Assembly (NCBI RefSeq): GCF_963921235.1
Contig: NC_086123.1
Location: 4,588,001-4,652,000, forward strand
Origin: Mobula hypostoma
Lineage: Eukaryota
DNA: 64,000 nt
Reading direction: 5' to 3'
Made by a program: the position numbers and the translations under genes. Below, piece by piece: positions 37,330-52,898 of this stretch. The notes below the pieces were generated by a model that ran no database searches, was not told the DNA's origin, and worked only from the letters and a program-made list of their open reading frames with translations. How positions within the stretch are numbered: position 1 is the first letter of the stretch; each line of letters starts with the position of its first letter.

Positions 37330-38500
37330 ATTTTAATATTGCTGTTCCAATCCAAATGTTTCTTAAAAGGCTGTAATCTATTTGCCTCTACTACCATACC
37401 AGGCAGCACATTCCAGGCATCCAGAACTCTGAGTTTAAAAAAAATTGCCCCTCACATCCGCCTTGATCCTACCCCTCTCATCTTCAATGCTTGCCCTCTG
37501 GTATTAGATATTTCAACCCTGGGAAACAGATACTCTGTACACTCTAAGCAAGCCTCTATTGAGCTCCCCTCAGCTTCCATCGCTCCAGAGAAAACAGCCC
37601 AAGTTTATTCAGCCTCTCCTGATAGCACGTGCCCTCTGAACCAGGCAGCATCCTGGTAAACCCCTTCAACATCCTTACTATAGTGGGGTGATCCAGAACT
37701 GTATGCAATACTCCAGATGTGGCCAAACCAGAGTTTTATAAAGTTACAACATAACCTCCTGACTTCTGAACTGAATGTCTCGATTAATAAAAGCAAGTTT
37801 CCATAAGCTGCCTGAACCACCTTATCGACCTGTGTAGCTATTTTCAAGGAGCTATCAACTTGGATCCCAAGATCTCTCTGTTCAGCAATATTGTTAAGGG
37901 TCCAACAGTGTACTGTCTCCTTGCCTTTCCCTACCAAGGTGCAACACCTCACATTTATTTGGGTTGACCTGCCATTTCTCTGCCCATAATATGCAACTAG
38001 TCTTCTATACTATCCACAACTCCACCAATCTTCCTATCATCTGTAAATTTACTAACCGTCCTATCTACATTTTCATCCAGGTCATTAATATACATCTCAA
38101 ACAGTGGAGGTCCCAGCACGTCCTGGTGGAACACCACTGGTTACAGACCTCCAGCTCGAATAAGTCCCTTTGACCATCACCCTCTGCTGTCTATGCACAA
38201 GCCAGGTCTGAATCCAAACAGCCATCTTGTGGATCCCATGCATCTTAATCTTCTGGTTTAGCCTCCCATGAGGGACTTTTTCAACTGCCAAGTAGACAAC
38301 ATCCACTGCCCTACCCTCATCAATCTCTCTCGTCACCTTTCAAAAAAAACTTAAATCAAGTTGGTAATGCATGACCTGCCTTGCGTAAAGCCATGCTGGC
38401 TGTCCATGGGTTTCCAAATGCTCGAATGTCCTATCCTCGAGGATTTTCTCTAGCAATTTCCCTACAACTGATGAAAGACTTTCCATTCTATATTTCCCAT
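37330..38500 (-). mobile_element. CR1 LINE fragment in DYNLL1 intron 2
   Basis: VTREIDEGRAVDVVYL..KVPHGRL...WRSVTSGVP and EQRDLGIQVDSSLKIATQVDKVV. Confidence 0.9.
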
Positions 38501-38569
38501 CTTTTTAAGTATGCAGTATTAATGTTTCCAACTGCTCATAGTTCAGGGTAAACTACGGTAGTTTAATTG

Positions 38570-38750
38570 CAAGAATGCACACAAAATGCTGGAGGAACTC
38601 AGGAGGCAAGGCAAGGATAAACGGTTGAATTTTGGGCCAAGGCCATTTATCAGGACGCTTTTCCATAGATACTGCCTGGGCTGCTGAGTTCCTCCAGCAT
38701 TTTGTGTGTGTTGCTTGAACTTCCAGCATCTGCAGATCTTCTCCTGCTTA
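38570..38750. mobile_element. Palindromic Penelope-like terminal remnant
   Basis: cacacaaaatgctggaggaactcag is mirrored by ctgagttcctccagcattttgtgtg, with a degenerate hammerhead core between them on the minus strand. Confidence 0.75.
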
Positions 38751-39758
38751 TGTAGATTAAATGCCATTTTGTAAACCTATTCTGTGTAATTTTTTCTAGT
38801 TATCATTTGTTATTTTCAATTGTTTATTGCGATAGAAATAAGCCAATTGACCCATAACATCTGTGACAGTGTCTTGAATCATGGTGATTTGCTAATTGTG
38901 CTCTTTCTATTTTCCAAATGTCCTTCAACATTGATTTACCATCCACTGTTTGCTGATTTCAGGTGTCTCTAAGTACAATTCCAAGGTTATTATGGTTTTG
39001 CCTATCTATTTCACATACTTTTCAATCCCTTTTGTGATTTTATTATATTTTAGTATCATGATCTCCGGTTATCTTGTCACTGGTATTTGAGGTCATACCA
39101 TAGTATTCTTCTACTAACTTTTCCATTTGTTCTGTATTTTACATTGCCTTCATACTCCTGCTTTTATATCACGATCATTTGTTTCTTTACTCTTTTTATT
39201 GCCTTTTTCCCTATTACTTTCAAATACATTATTACACATTGCTTTGAATGGAACTTCAGGTAGGAACTGTATATCCTACCTGTTGAGTCATTTTGCTGCA
39301 CTCTGGTTTGTTGTATCTCCTGTTAGTATCGTAGTAATTTTGTTCACCTCTTCATACATCCGGATAATTATTAGTTTCTTCTGCAAATGGAATCTCCAAT
39401 TTGTAGAATTTCAAGTATTAATATTGTGAAATTTGGATAAATTAGAGGTGTCAATCTTTGCTCTGTGCTTTTTTTGTAGTATGAATAAGTGAGGATACCT
39501 ACACTTTTCATTCTGTTTTGGAAACTTTTATTCTCCTGAGCAAGATTGCATGAAGGCAATTTTTCCATATATTTCCCAATTTACTCAGTGTTTGCTATTT
39601 TATGTATGTTGGCAGGAGCTATTGACTCATTCCTAGAAATTGGGTTATGTGCCCATGAGAAAACGTGTTTTGGACTTGTTTCCTATGGGCCAACATGCTT
39701 GTAGCATTCCAACATACAATATTTAAACATTTGCAATGTATACTTAATAAAATTATAA

Positions 39759-39944
<186 letters not shown>

Positions 39945-40188
39945 AGATGCTGAACTGAGGCTTCCAAATGAAGTTGATCCAAGTATAAGACTAACGAGAA
40001 CTGTACCTTCTGTTTTGATTAATCTACAAAGGGAAACACAAGGAAGAATATGTCCCATGTAATTTCCAGCATGGTGCATCTTAATTTTCAGGCTGCCTTT
40101 TTTTCCCCCCTGAGTCATTCTACAATGGGTCACTGTTTTCTGATGACTTGTATGTATTTTCTTGTCTTTTTTCCAACATTTCCAGTTC

Positions 40189-40194
40189 AATAAA
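40189..40194 (+). terminator. Probable DYNLL1 polyadenylation signal
   Basis: AATAAA ~245 nt after the stop, followed by T/GT-rich sequence. Confidence 0.65.
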
Positions 40195-43100
40195 TGAATT
40201 TTGATATCATTTTTGAATGTGTTGTCAATTTGCATATAGGGCCGCCTTGTGCTGGCTGGTTTAATTGATTGTTTTTGTTTATAGGAATGTGGATATCACG
40301 AGCAAGACCAGAAGTTACTGCTCTTGAAGGGTAATGGTGAGCATTTTTTCCTGAACTACAGCAATCTTCTGACGAAGACTAGGTGTTGGCTAGACACTTT
40401 TTCAATTGACAGCCAGCAGCAACAAAAGACAAAAAATGACTTTTCACAATTGGAACAGAATCTACAGATGGTGATGTTCTCATGTGCTGTTTGCCCTTGT
40501 CCTTGGTGCTAGAAATTATGGGTTTTGGTCTTCTTTGAGTTGTTTCAGTGCATTTGGTACACAATGCAGCCTTGTTTGCTGGTGGTAGGAGCTTGTTTGT
40601 TTAAAGTGGTGAATAGGGGACACATCAGGCAGATTAATTGTCAAGCTGAAATGACGGAGCTCTGCTCATCCAGGCAGGAGTGTGCCTTGTGATTCTGTGG
40701 CTTCTGCCCCTTTTGTGGACTGCAAAAGCCTTTGCTATGTAAGGAAATGAGTTAATACCAGTGGTGCCATTGACCCATGGCAACGTCCTGCAGACATTTC
40801 ACAAAACTACTACTTTAATTTATTCTTTTAAATATGCTTCTAATGTTAAACTGTGTGCGATTGAAGCCTGTAATTGACATTTTGATGGGCCGACTGAGTG
40901 ATCTGGCATGTTTGCTGTCTCCTGGGGAAATTCCGTGTGGTTGAGAGTGGAGTGTGAGGCTTAAATGCAGAGCATGAACCCATGATCAGGTCCATTACTC
41001 CTTACCGATTAAAGCATCAAGCAAGATGGAAATTGATGAAGATGAGAAGGTGGTGACTGTTTGACCGGTCTCCCGTTCCTTTGCTCACTGCTGCTGGAGA
41101 AGGGTGCAGGAGTCTTCCTCACACTGCAAAATTTGATCAGCACAGCTTTGGCTGTGGATTTTTTTTTTTTTGGAGGACTCCGGTTCACGTTACATGCTTT
41201 CTGATTCATTTATTTATATTTTTGCGTGATTTGATCAGGGTGCTTTGGCATGGTCTGGCTCTGTGGCCTGCAGTCAATGAATGGCACAGTGCAAAACAAC
41301 ACTCCCAGGCCCTTGTGGTTTGGTGTTTAATATTGTCATTTGTTCGCTTTTTGCTATTTGCATGATTTGTTCTTCGTACGCTGGGTGTTTGATGTTCTTT
41401 TTGAATGGCTTCCATGGTGTTTCTTTATCTTGTGGCTGCCTGCAGGACGATTGCTCTCAGGGTTGTATACTGTATACATATTTGATAATAAATGCTCTTT
41501 GAATCTTTGACACACCTCCTTCTGCAAGTGTTTCAGTTGAGTTTCTGATGGTGACTATTAAACATCAAGGCATGTAAATATTTGACCATTTTTGTCTTGT
41601 ATATCTTACTTGTCATTTAATTGGCCCATGACTCAATGTTGTTTAAATCTTGCAGCAGTCAATGCCTGTAGGTAATTTATGATAAATGGAATCAAAGATT
41701 ATTATGCAGTCATAAGTAAGCATCCCCACTTCTGAACTTGTGATGCAAGGAAAGTGTTTGAAACAAAGGCCTGCAGTGATGTCTTGGAACCTGCATGATT
41801 GATCTCCAGTAACCACAGTTAAAGCTCCTCGATGCCACACTGTAAAATGCTGCTGATGTCCTGTCGGTATACAATTTGAGCCTCAGTTGGACTTAAGGCT
41901 GTGATGACATCTAGCATAGAGCAAAGCACAAGCCTGGCCTTGGAAAATTGATTGGTAAGTCCTACCTAATAGTAATGTTGATGACACCGTTCATCATTTA
42001 TGATTGCGAGTAGATTGTCTGAATTGTCTAACATTTCAGGATGTGCCTGGACAACTTTCCAGTTTACAGGCAAGTAGGTGCTTGTATGGCAATGGTGATG
42101 AGATCTTAGGACAAAATAAAGTTGAATCATCCACTCAGTACTTCTGGATGAAGGTGGTTCTATGTACTTAAGTCTCTTGCATTTATGCTGCACTCTCACC
42201 GTGAACAGGGGTGTTGCCCCTTCTTATGACTAGATTTGGCAAAGCCTTAATGTAGTTCACTTAACTTGTATGCTGCTGAGCAAACACATGATTGTGTTGT
42301 AACTTTGTCAGATTGGCATCTTATTTTTAGATACACCTGATGTTACTAGAAGGTTACTGGTCTGAGTTTGGGGAACTAGAATTAATTCCCAGAATTGATT
42401 ATAATAGTCGAGAGATTATACAGGACTTGATAAATGTTGGTGCTAATGGTCTACAGTACTTATTAATTGCTTAGTTTTGAGCTGTTAGCTAGTTTATCAT
42501 ATTTGGAACATGCAATGGCATATAATGGGGGGGACGGACATTGAATTTTCCCTTGGAATTTTTGGAGTTTCTTCCAATTGGAGCACTGCTAATGATTAGT
42601 GGGTTTCATTTGACCTTGATTTGTGACTTCATGAGGCTTGGAGTCGACATTAAAGTCTTCCATTGCCTCACCTTCCTGCCTACATTTGACTAAATGACCA
42701 CCACTTTCTTGTCAGGCAGAATGTACCCAGGGATTTGGGAGAGTTCAGCATGCTTGTAATACTATTCTCTGAAGCATCACTTTCAGAATATTGCTGGACT
42801 AGTTTGTCAACTCTTACTATCGACACCAGCCCTCAGATGTTCATGTGGAAGATTTTAGTCTTACCTGGGTTGGATATGATTTTGTACAAATTAATTTGAT
42901 GCTAGGTGGTCTGAACAGTTTGGTTACGAAGCAGTTACGATGCAAGTTAAATGGATCAGTCTGGGTAAGAACATCATATGTTCTCCTTTTCTGCACCCAT
43001 ATTAGCACCAGCTTTTCAAACTGCACATGAACATAAAAGGCAGGCCTACTACTCTTGCTTTTGATATTTCCATTTTGTGACCTGTTGGTAAACAGCTCAT

Positions 43101-44770
43101 TTTCATGAATTATTAGGAATGTGGAGTGTAGTTGAAAGGTTAAAGGAAGTTGAATTTAAGATTAAACAAAGCTATGCTGAACTTGCTGTCTGTTACACTA
43201 CTAACTTTTAGGCGTAGGTCCTCCATCTCTGACAGTGTTCAGGGCCTCCTTCATTGTGTCGGGAGTTCGGTTTTCACTACGGTCAGTCATGCAAGTCCAG
43301 GTGGAGACTCGGGAATACTGTTGAACTCAGATGTCGGATTCTTCCTTGCTGTTTCCATAACAATTTTGTTTTACCAGTCAGGGTTGTAGACCTGAACTGA
43401 ACCCCTGAACCTGGAGGACTGGTGGACCACTCTTCGTCTGTCCTCTATCCTTTGACCTCTTTGGCATAGGTGACCCTACCAAGAGCCAAAGCATAAAACC
43501 CCAAACTTCAGCTGATGTAGCTCAATGGGTTATTGAGGCACACAAGCCTCCAAACCGTGACACGGTTGTGGTCCTCTTTTAGGAAAGAAATGCTGAAGGC
43601 ATATATTAAATGTTTTAAGAAATTGCATAAATGAACAGAAAGGTAACAGTGAAGACATGCATAAAGTAATTAATCACTTTATAATATTGTCTTTCCTTTA
43701 GTGAAATTTTAAATCTGGTAATTAAATGATACAGGTATAACTTATCTTCATCACTAACCTTTGTAATAAGCATAATTCTATTTGTGTGCACTCATTGCCT
43801 ATTCATAAGGTAACATTTGCTGTGGAATACTTCAGAATGTAAAGGTGGTACAAAGTACAGCTAATCATATTCCATTTGCAGTGTAACTTGACCTGCAGTG
43901 TATTTAGCTGCCTTTTATTTTCAAGTGCATAACAGTGTATCACGAGGAAACTGCATCCATTGTGGAACAAATTACATTGTCAAGACTGAAATGTCTTGTA
44001 AATCAGGCAATATGAGTGGGTCATATTACTGAAAGGAAAAAATCATGTTTTTAGAGATTTAAAAAATAGCATTTGATTTATAAAGTATCCCTGAATAATT
44101 TGAAGCCAAATTATATATTGAGGACAGTAATAATGTTAAAACCAATAGCCAGGCAGAGCTACAGTGCTTCCAGAAGTAATGGATCACACTAGTGGAGCTT
44201 TAATATACATTTTCCATTATAAGTCAGTCAAGTTTAATGTACAGTTGTGTTCTACTTTAAATCATAGTTAAAGAAAACCTTCTCTTTAGAACAAGGTACA
44301 TTTATGTTCTTGGCTAACTGTTAGTTTCTCAACTTTTTTTAAAATATGGATTGGTTGTTAACTTGACCTAACCAGATAATCTAACTGATTAGACTTTAAG
44401 AATCCTGGGTGACAATCGAAATATCCAGAAATATATCTTGGAGTTTAGCTGTTGTCTACTAAACATTGCCTGAAAGATCTGACCCAGGAGAAAACCTAGA
44501 ATAATTGTATTTAACACAGTGATTTATACGTAGTTTTGTAACTTGAATTTCCTTTGTATTCCGGCACTTGGGAAAAGCAATAGTTAGCATTACTGGAACC
44601 ACTTGGCAACTACATTGAGCAGCAGATAAATGTCTGCCAATTCCATTGTATTAGTACTTTGAGTCCAGCAGTTATTGACTCTGTTTTTTCCCCACTTGCC
44701 ATGTACCATAATGGTGAGCAACCTTGTTCAGAAAGAATGCTGAACATTCCCCATAAAACAGAAAAAGATT

Positions 44771-44858
44771 AAATTCTCAGCAGTTGTGGCTACAGCTAAA
44801 GAAGAAAAAAAATAAAATTCTCATCAGTTGTGGCTACAGCTAAAGAATGAAAAAAATA
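44771..44858. repeat. ~44-bp tandem duplication
   Basis: aaattctca(g/t)cagttgtggctacagctaaagaa..aaaaaata occurs twice in tandem. Confidence 0.85.
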
Positions 44859-47706
44859 ACTTTCAGACTCTTTGCCAGAAATGAGAAAGAGACAAATAAA
44901 GCTCATTAAAATAAAGGGAGGGGGACAAATCTGATAGGGTAAAACCAGGATGTCTGTCTGGAGAAGCTGTAAATGAGGCTATGTGGTCAACGATTGAACG
45001 GAAGCAGTTGGAGGAGGAAAGACAATGCAAAGCAAGAAGACGTGACCAGCAGGTTTGGGGGGGGTTTGTACACAAAGAACAAATCAGCTGAATCATCATG
45101 AGAGTTGTACATTTTGATACTAAGTCCAGAAGACTGAAATATGCCATTGACATGAGGTGCTGTTGGACCCCATGGTAACACAAGAAGCCACAGAGTGGGA
45201 GTGAGATGGAGAGTTACTGGAAAGTATTCTCTCATGTTGGCAATTTATTCCTTAACCCATAATTGTAGGGAAGCTATGGCAATCACCTTGGAATTTAGAA
45301 AAATAATTGACATTTATGGATCATCACAGAGAAATGGTAGTTACATGGGATCTATCAGTGGTCTAGAGACATAGTTGAATCCCAACAGTGGTTAAATTAA
45401 ATCTGATTTTTTATAAAAAGTATCAATTATGAAACTGCTAATGGATGATGAAATAGGGCTTGTTTTTAAAAACTACTCATTCACATATCCTTAAGTCTGC
45501 TATCTTTTCCTGTGCAACTGTCCTCAGCTACACACTGATTAATGTAATAGCCATTTTACTGTCTTTTGAAATGGACTGGCAGCGTGTTGGACTTAAGCCA
45601 ATTGCAGGTGAAAAACATGAGGTAATATTCAAAAAGTTTTTGATTCTAAGTAATCAAGACATCTATATTAATAAAAATTTATAATTGAGCTTAAGTTTTA
45701 TTTTCTAGTGTTAATGAAATTACTGAGTTATATCCTGATTGTTTCAGATTGGGGGGGGCAGGGGGAATACTTGAAACAAGATGTTTCAGAAGTTCCACTC
45801 AAATCCCTATTTTTTTAAAATCATTTAACTAGATATTAACCAGTTGTAGCCACAATGCAGATTGTTGGGGATGCACAAAATCTGCTGGTAGGAGTAATCA
45901 TGAATGAAATAGTATAAAATTAAATGTTTTAAAATTCCCCATAGTTTGTGGGGGGGGGGGAGGTTGGAGTAAAAAAGAGAGTTCTTGTTTCTCAATCACT
46001 TATTTGAATCACCAATCTCAGCATGATACAATGTGAGGGGAAGCATAAAGGAAGACGAAGTAATATTAATGCAAGAGAAAAGTGCAAGCAAGACTTATGA
46101 TTACAGCAACTTGCATTTAAAGGATTTTTAATGTTCATATTATTTAAATACATCATTCAAATGGCAAACCATTCACTTACAGTCCTGCAGTAGTTAAAAA
46201 CTTGAACATTTCTGTCCCATTTTATGTATGGATGAAACAGAAGTATTCCTCATTCGTTGTGATGTTATACACAAAAATTAGATGTTTCCATCTGATGTGA
46301 AGTAATAATCAGGTTTCTGAGATTTAATAATCAATATACATGTAAGGGATGATAGTTTCTCCAATGGGCTATAAAATAGTTATCACATAGGGTGATTGTT
46401 TAACCACATCTGTCTGATATTTCTCCACTGAATGAAACAATTTATTTTTGACGTTACAAGACAGCTTTTAAAATTCATTCATGTAATTTTATTCCTTCTT
46501 TCACATTCCTACAAAATACAGAACAAATAAGAGTACTCATGATTCAGAGTTGTCTTCTTGTAGTGATAAAAGCTGCCTGAGCTGCCAAATAGTTGTAAAT
46601 ATTTTAAAACTTATTTTAGCAAGTCTTAGTAATTTTAAAAAATTCACTCCATAGGGAAGTCTGATAGCTGGAAGCTCATGAATAAGAACTGCAATGCTGA
46701 TGAGTTATTAGTGGGTATATGTAATCCTTTTGCAGCTGCCCCTTCCCCCATGTTCCTTCCAACTGAAGAAACACAGGTCAAGTTTTACAGCAGAAAGCTA
46801 TTGGTAAGGTAGACTATTTTAGCTAAAATTACTGGAGATCAGTTACAAGTCATTTGCTCTAATCTATATAAGACATTAATATTGAAAATTGTAGCATTTT
46901 GATTATTCTGATTAGGGTAAGATGTGTGGTATTAAATATATCCATTATTATATATAGTCCATTGCTGTTTAATTTTTTCAGTGACCTTGTTTCACTAAAG
47001 TGTAAATTTGAAACCAGTACAAAACTGATAAAGCACATACGAAGGAAGTGACAGACAGAATATCCAGTTGAAAAGAACAGAAATTCTATCTCCTGGGTCA
47101 CTATTGTATATTGAACAATGAGTCACCTCTGGCATGCAAGGGGCCAGAGATCAGCTTACAGGACAACCACTTCCATTGAATGTGAACAGATATCTCTTAA
47201 AGGCTGAATGTTGAAGCTTTAAAATAATTCCACAGGCTCCAGTTGAGCTGCAATTATCTTTGTCTCAATTTATTTATTTTTTGTCAAACTGGCAGCATTA
47301 CAGTCTGATCATTTTAAGGATGACAATGAAATGTTTGACTAATTGCAATACAAATTGGTGAAGAAAAATCAACCATTGAGTCCATTTTCCTGGACTGCTA
47401 CAAGAAATGTTAAGGTTCATTAGATTTGAGAACTGTTCACTACTGTATGTTAAAATACCAAGTCCCTATTCAAATGTTGTAGCCACTAGTTTACTCAGGC
47501 CACCAACAACTTCTCAGGTCTATGTGGATAGAGACAGAAAGCAGCACTCATTCCATAAGGAAGATTTAGAGGAGCAACAAATGGACTCCAGGAGAGCACT
47601 TCCCCAATGAGGAAGTAGCAGTAGAATAATCTGAAATTCCCTGAACTTTAGAACCAGAAGTGATTAATGCAATCACATTTCTCCTAAAGTAGTCGGGCAT
47701 AATCTC

Positions 47707-48283
47707 AGCAGGTAAAAGGGTCAGCCGTCTCTATATCCTGAGGAGACTGAGGACCTTTAACATCTGCCGGACGATGCTCTACGAGTCTGTGGTGGCCAGT
47801 GCGATCATGTTTGCTGTTGTGTGCTGGGGCAGCAGGCTGAGGGTAGCAGACACCAACTGAATCAACAAACTCATTCGTAAGGCCAGTGATGTTGTGGGGA
47901 TGGAACTGGACTGTCTGATGGTGCTGTCTGAAAAGAGGATGCTGTCTAAGTTGCATGCCATCTTGGACAATGTCTCCCATCCACTACATAATGTACTGTT
48001 TGGGCACAGGAGTACATTCAGCCAGAGACTCACTCCACCGAGATGCAACACAGAGCGTCATAGGAAGTCATTCCTGCCTGTGGCCATCAAACTTTACAAC
48101 TCCTCCCTTGGAGGGTCAGACACCCTGAGCCAATAGGCTGGTCCTGGACTTATTTCATAATTTGCTGGCATAATTTACATATTACTATTTAACTATTTAT
48201 GGTTTTATTACTATTTAATTATTCATGGTGCAACTGTAACGAAAACCAATTTCCCCCGGGATCAATAAAGTATGACTATGACT
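47707..48283 (+). mobile_element. Rex1/Babar LINE 3' fragment
   Basis: KRMLSKLHAILDNVSHPLH...RCNTERHRKSFLPVAIKLYNS*, ending gggatcaataaagtatgactatgacta. Confidence 0.85.
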
Positions 48284-49362
48284 AAGAATACCAATAGTAT
48301 TCTCACAAAATAAATGTCAGATATGGTTGTAGTGTCTTGAAGTGGAGAATGATATAGTAGGAGCTTGGTAGGTCAGTATGAATGCAAATTTATAGAGGAA
48401 ATGTATAGTCCTGTTTAAGGATTCATCCTTGGTGATTCGATTAAATGCTCCCTCAAGGTGATAACCTGTGCAGACACAACGTCAGCTTCTACATGCATCC
48501 AGCCAATCTAAGAGTTCCATTCTCAGACTGCTGAACAGGACTCCAATCTGGTGGTGAGGAAACCATAGCACGCTCGATCCCATACTCACCCAACACTACA
48601 GATAAGACAATTCATGATGGAACTAGTTTTGTGAAGAAATTCTAATGCATATTGTTATGAATTATTCCATCATGAAATGTGGAACTAGTACTTGTCCTTG
48701 GCCACAGCGTTAGTTCTGCACTTAATGATGGGCTAAGTCAAAGAGAATCTCCTTTTAACTAGCCTCCACCTCCTCAGATCACTAATACAAGTAAAATTGT
48801 GTTAATAAGAGGAGCCTTGGTGTCTCATTGAATATCCATAATTTTTATTATACCAGAGAGAGACAATGAATGATAGTCACTTAGAAAAACCTTGGAAGTT
48901 TTAAAATACACAACTCGATCTTGTACCTGTGTAAAATAAATTTGTGGCCAATATATGACTTTCTACTGCTGGGATTCATGATATAAAACATCTCAGAACT
49001 TATGTCATTTTTAGTAACAGTCTGATTGTTTCAAAGTTGAGTCATCTGTGCCAAATTTTCATTTATGCCTTAGACATTTTTTGAACCAATCAGTGGTCCT
49101 TCTTCAGTGAAACCAGAAAGCACATCCTCACAGAGGAAAACACCACAAAACAGGAGCAGATAAGATGTACCTGCACCGTTACAATACAAGTGTAATACAA
49201 TTATATGATGCCGCACCATTAGATTTTACCAACCAACTCTGTGGTTCCGAGTGAATAATTAACTCACTGCCATATCTGTAGCTGTTTCTGCACCAAAACA
49301 GTAATGCATGCAAATGTTTCTCTGTGATTGAGCATCTTGATTTTCTTTCAGTCACTTCAAAT

Positions 49363-49464
49363 TCAGAGCTTAAATCCTGAGTGAATAGCCACAATCCCCA
49401 TGGTCAAGTTGTTATATTCCACTTTGTAAAACCCAGCGTCCTCAATCATCTCTCTGAACTCCTC
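49363..49464 (-). CDS. COQ5: COQ5 C-methyltransferase exon 7 (last)
   Basis: EEFREMIEDAGFYKVEYNNLTMGIVAIHSGFKL*. Acceptor tttccag|GAG, 102 nt. Confidence 0.95.
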   Translation of the reverse strand, partial: EEFREMIEDAGFYKVEYNNLTMGIVAIHSGFKL

Positions 49465-50698
49465 CTGGAAATAAAGATACAAATGAGTGACTACCTCAAT
49501 TCATGAGAGCTTGAAAGTGGAGGCTCAGCAATAAAATAAAACACACCTAGTTAGGAATGTTCCCTTATAACACTGTAACTTAGCTGGAAGAGTTACAAGG
49601 AAGTTGATAAATAAGGACAATGAAAAAGTAAGTGCCAGCTGATCTCAGGATGTGGGACTCCAATCTCAGAAAATTGGAGCTTTACACCATAGATTTTAGA
49701 CAGAAACCACTGCATGGAAGCTATTGTATTTTAAATAAGATCTTTTACAGAGGGCTATTTTGCTCTATACAGTGTGTAAAAATAAAATCACAGCAGCATC
49801 TAAAAAAGTAGATTCTGCAACCTACAGCACAGACTATCCAGTCATCACTCCTGTGTGTAGGACTCTGCTTTGGGCAAACTGCCTGACATAGTTCTGTCAT
49901 TACCTACCATAATTTCATTGACTGTAGAGGCCTGGAATGTCACTGGTGAAATGGAAAACACAAATATGAGTTCATGTTGATAAGAAGTAGTGAAGTAGCT
50001 TAGGAAAAGGAAGTAAATAACAACAGTTGTGGAAGTTGCAGCAATGCTTAGGTTAAGATAATGTCCACGCAAGAAAGGTATTGGAAGAGCATAGCTTCCT
50101 GCTGCACAGCAGGGGACTGGAGTCATTTGGCTTATGCAGACAAGATAAGGATGAAATGGAAGGATGCAAGGCACACCCACCCCAACTGAGGGACAATTAC
50201 TAAAATCAAAGTATCATCAGTTGTTTTTTTGCTTGTAATTTCTATTGACTTTTAACACCTGTATTATGAATAGTGATTGATCTTGCAAATAAGGAAATTG
50301 AACATACACGAAGTTACCAATTGGTCAATATCTGTAACTGCTAGTTGATTTTGCATAAAAGTGGCATTCCTCTGTTCAGACTCAAGACAAACAGTGTAGT
50401 GACAGAGGCCATGCTGTTCTCCCTGTGCACAAGTCAATGAAGCATAAGGAATGAGTGTGAGTTTTCAGTCCAGTTAATTGGCAACAACACAGTCAGCCTC
50501 AATCCTCCAATTGAAAATTGTTTATGGACAGTGGAACCTATAATGTGTAAAATATAATTGAAACTGTAACAGCCAGCTTTAAGTAGTCAGACATCAAGTA
50601 ACAATTTAGTTAGAGCCACATCTAAACATTAGTTCCAAAACTGATTGCAAGTCTTGCGAGTATATAAGTTGAAGGCTTTAAATTATTCTAAGTAGTTA

Positions 50699-50848
<150 letters not shown>

Positions 50849-52510
50849 TTAATAAGCCTCAAAATCAATAAAGTGCAATGTTCAAACATGTTATACAAAA
50901 CATCTGTTTGCTGGATACAATATTCCAACTGTGGCCTAACAAATGTTTTGTACAGTTGTACCATGACTTTTAAGGAGCTGATGTTCTGTGCCCTGGCTAA
51001 TGAAGTTATTCATCACTATGTCACCTTCATAAATTCCACTTACTACCCAACAGCATGAGCACTGAATTATCCACCTTCAGTACACATCCAGTGTTCCTCC
51101 ACATAAACTCACTGGGCTACGTAGCTTTACACTTGCTTTGATCACTTTTCCTTGCTGATCCCCTCAGTGCAAGGGCCTCAGCCATTTACAACTTATTGCA
51201 ATCATTCGGCTGAGGGAAATCAAACAGCTTATTTCTAGATTTGCTGACAATACATAACCAGATGGAATTGCTAAGCAGTATTGTATCCGTATTGTACTGT
51301 CTCAGTACTTTTATATTTGTGTGCTGTAGCACTTTTTTTATTCGCAGTTATTTTGCAAATAACACTATTCTTTGCATTTCTGGTCAGATGCTAAATGCAT
51401 TTCATTGGCTTTGTATCTGTACTCGGCACAATGACAATAAAGTTGAATCTAATCTAAAATTGCAAGGAAGGAGTAGGTCACACTTGTCATATGGGAGACC
51501 AGTGAAAATTTGGTACCTTGCTTCCAGGGATGATAAGTTTGCTGTATGTGGAGAGATTGACTTGACCAGGATTTTAGTTATTACAACTTAGAAGGATGAG
51601 AGGAAATCTCATTGAGATGGATGAAGAGAATTTGATTTGGCTGAAGAGTCGAACCAGAGGTACAGTCTCCAAATAAGCAGCAGGACATTTAGGGATGAGG
51701 TGAAGAAAATTTTCTTTACTTTGGAGGGTGGTAAAACTTTGAAATGATCTATCTCAGAGGGCTGTGGAGGCTTGAGCACTGAGTTAATTTAAAACAAAAT
51801 CAACAGATTTTGGAATATTAGTGACATTGGAACAGTGCAGAATAATCTTATTGAGTTAGAAGGTCAGTTTTGAGGTGGAGAGCTGCTGAAAAGTGCCAGC
51901 TGGCTCATTCTGTGTTTGCTTTTCTATAGAGAAAGCCAGCTTCCTTCTTAGCAATAATTTTCTAAAATAGATGGATACTCAGCAGTTGAAGTAGGGAGAG
52001 GAGCAATTTGAACTTTTCCAGTAAAGGATCTTTCATCAGAATTGGAAAGATGTGAAAATAAGTGTGTTTTAAATTGGAAGGAAGGAGAGATGTAGAGAGG
52101 ATAGAGGGAATATCTGTGATAGGGTAGAATCCAAGGTTTTCCAGATGACACAAATGCTGCTGATACCACCTGACAAAAAGCTGATGAATGCTTGTAAATC
52201 TCAGTTGATCTGTCTGGAAATGTATAAATTGGAGGGAGCTGAACGAGTGAAAAATGCTGGAACTGTGTGATAGAGACAAACAATGCTCAGTAGAATGGGC
52301 AGCAGCTCTGAAGAGAAGAAACCAGATTTAGTTACGTCAGAAATGGCCAGTTCTGACACAAACAGGAAGGATCTCTGATCTCAAACACTAATTTTACTAA
52401 TCACTCCACAGTAGCTCCTGTGTTTTTTTCATTTCAGCTTTCCAACAATGACAGTTTGTTCTTCAATTTTCCCCCAGTGTTATTTGCTTCCTGCAGTTAT
52501 TTCTGCTTTA

Positions 52511-52630
<120 letters not shown>

Positions 52631-52898
52631 TCAATACAAGAATTTCCTCCTGGGATACTCTCCTGACCCATCAAGTTAAGATGGAAGTGCTTTAACAGAA
52701 ACTTTATATGCAACAGAGGCATTGTTCTTGAGGTGGAAATAGATATATTGGCAAAATGCACTGCATTTAAACCTTGACTCCAAAACAGTTCAGCATTTTC
52801 AATGGCTGGGCTGGGAGAATAAATGAAAGTGGCAAAGGGAAGCTTCCCCTCAGAAGTGATCACAGCTTAGTTACTGTTGATTCTGTCCAGGTACTTAC

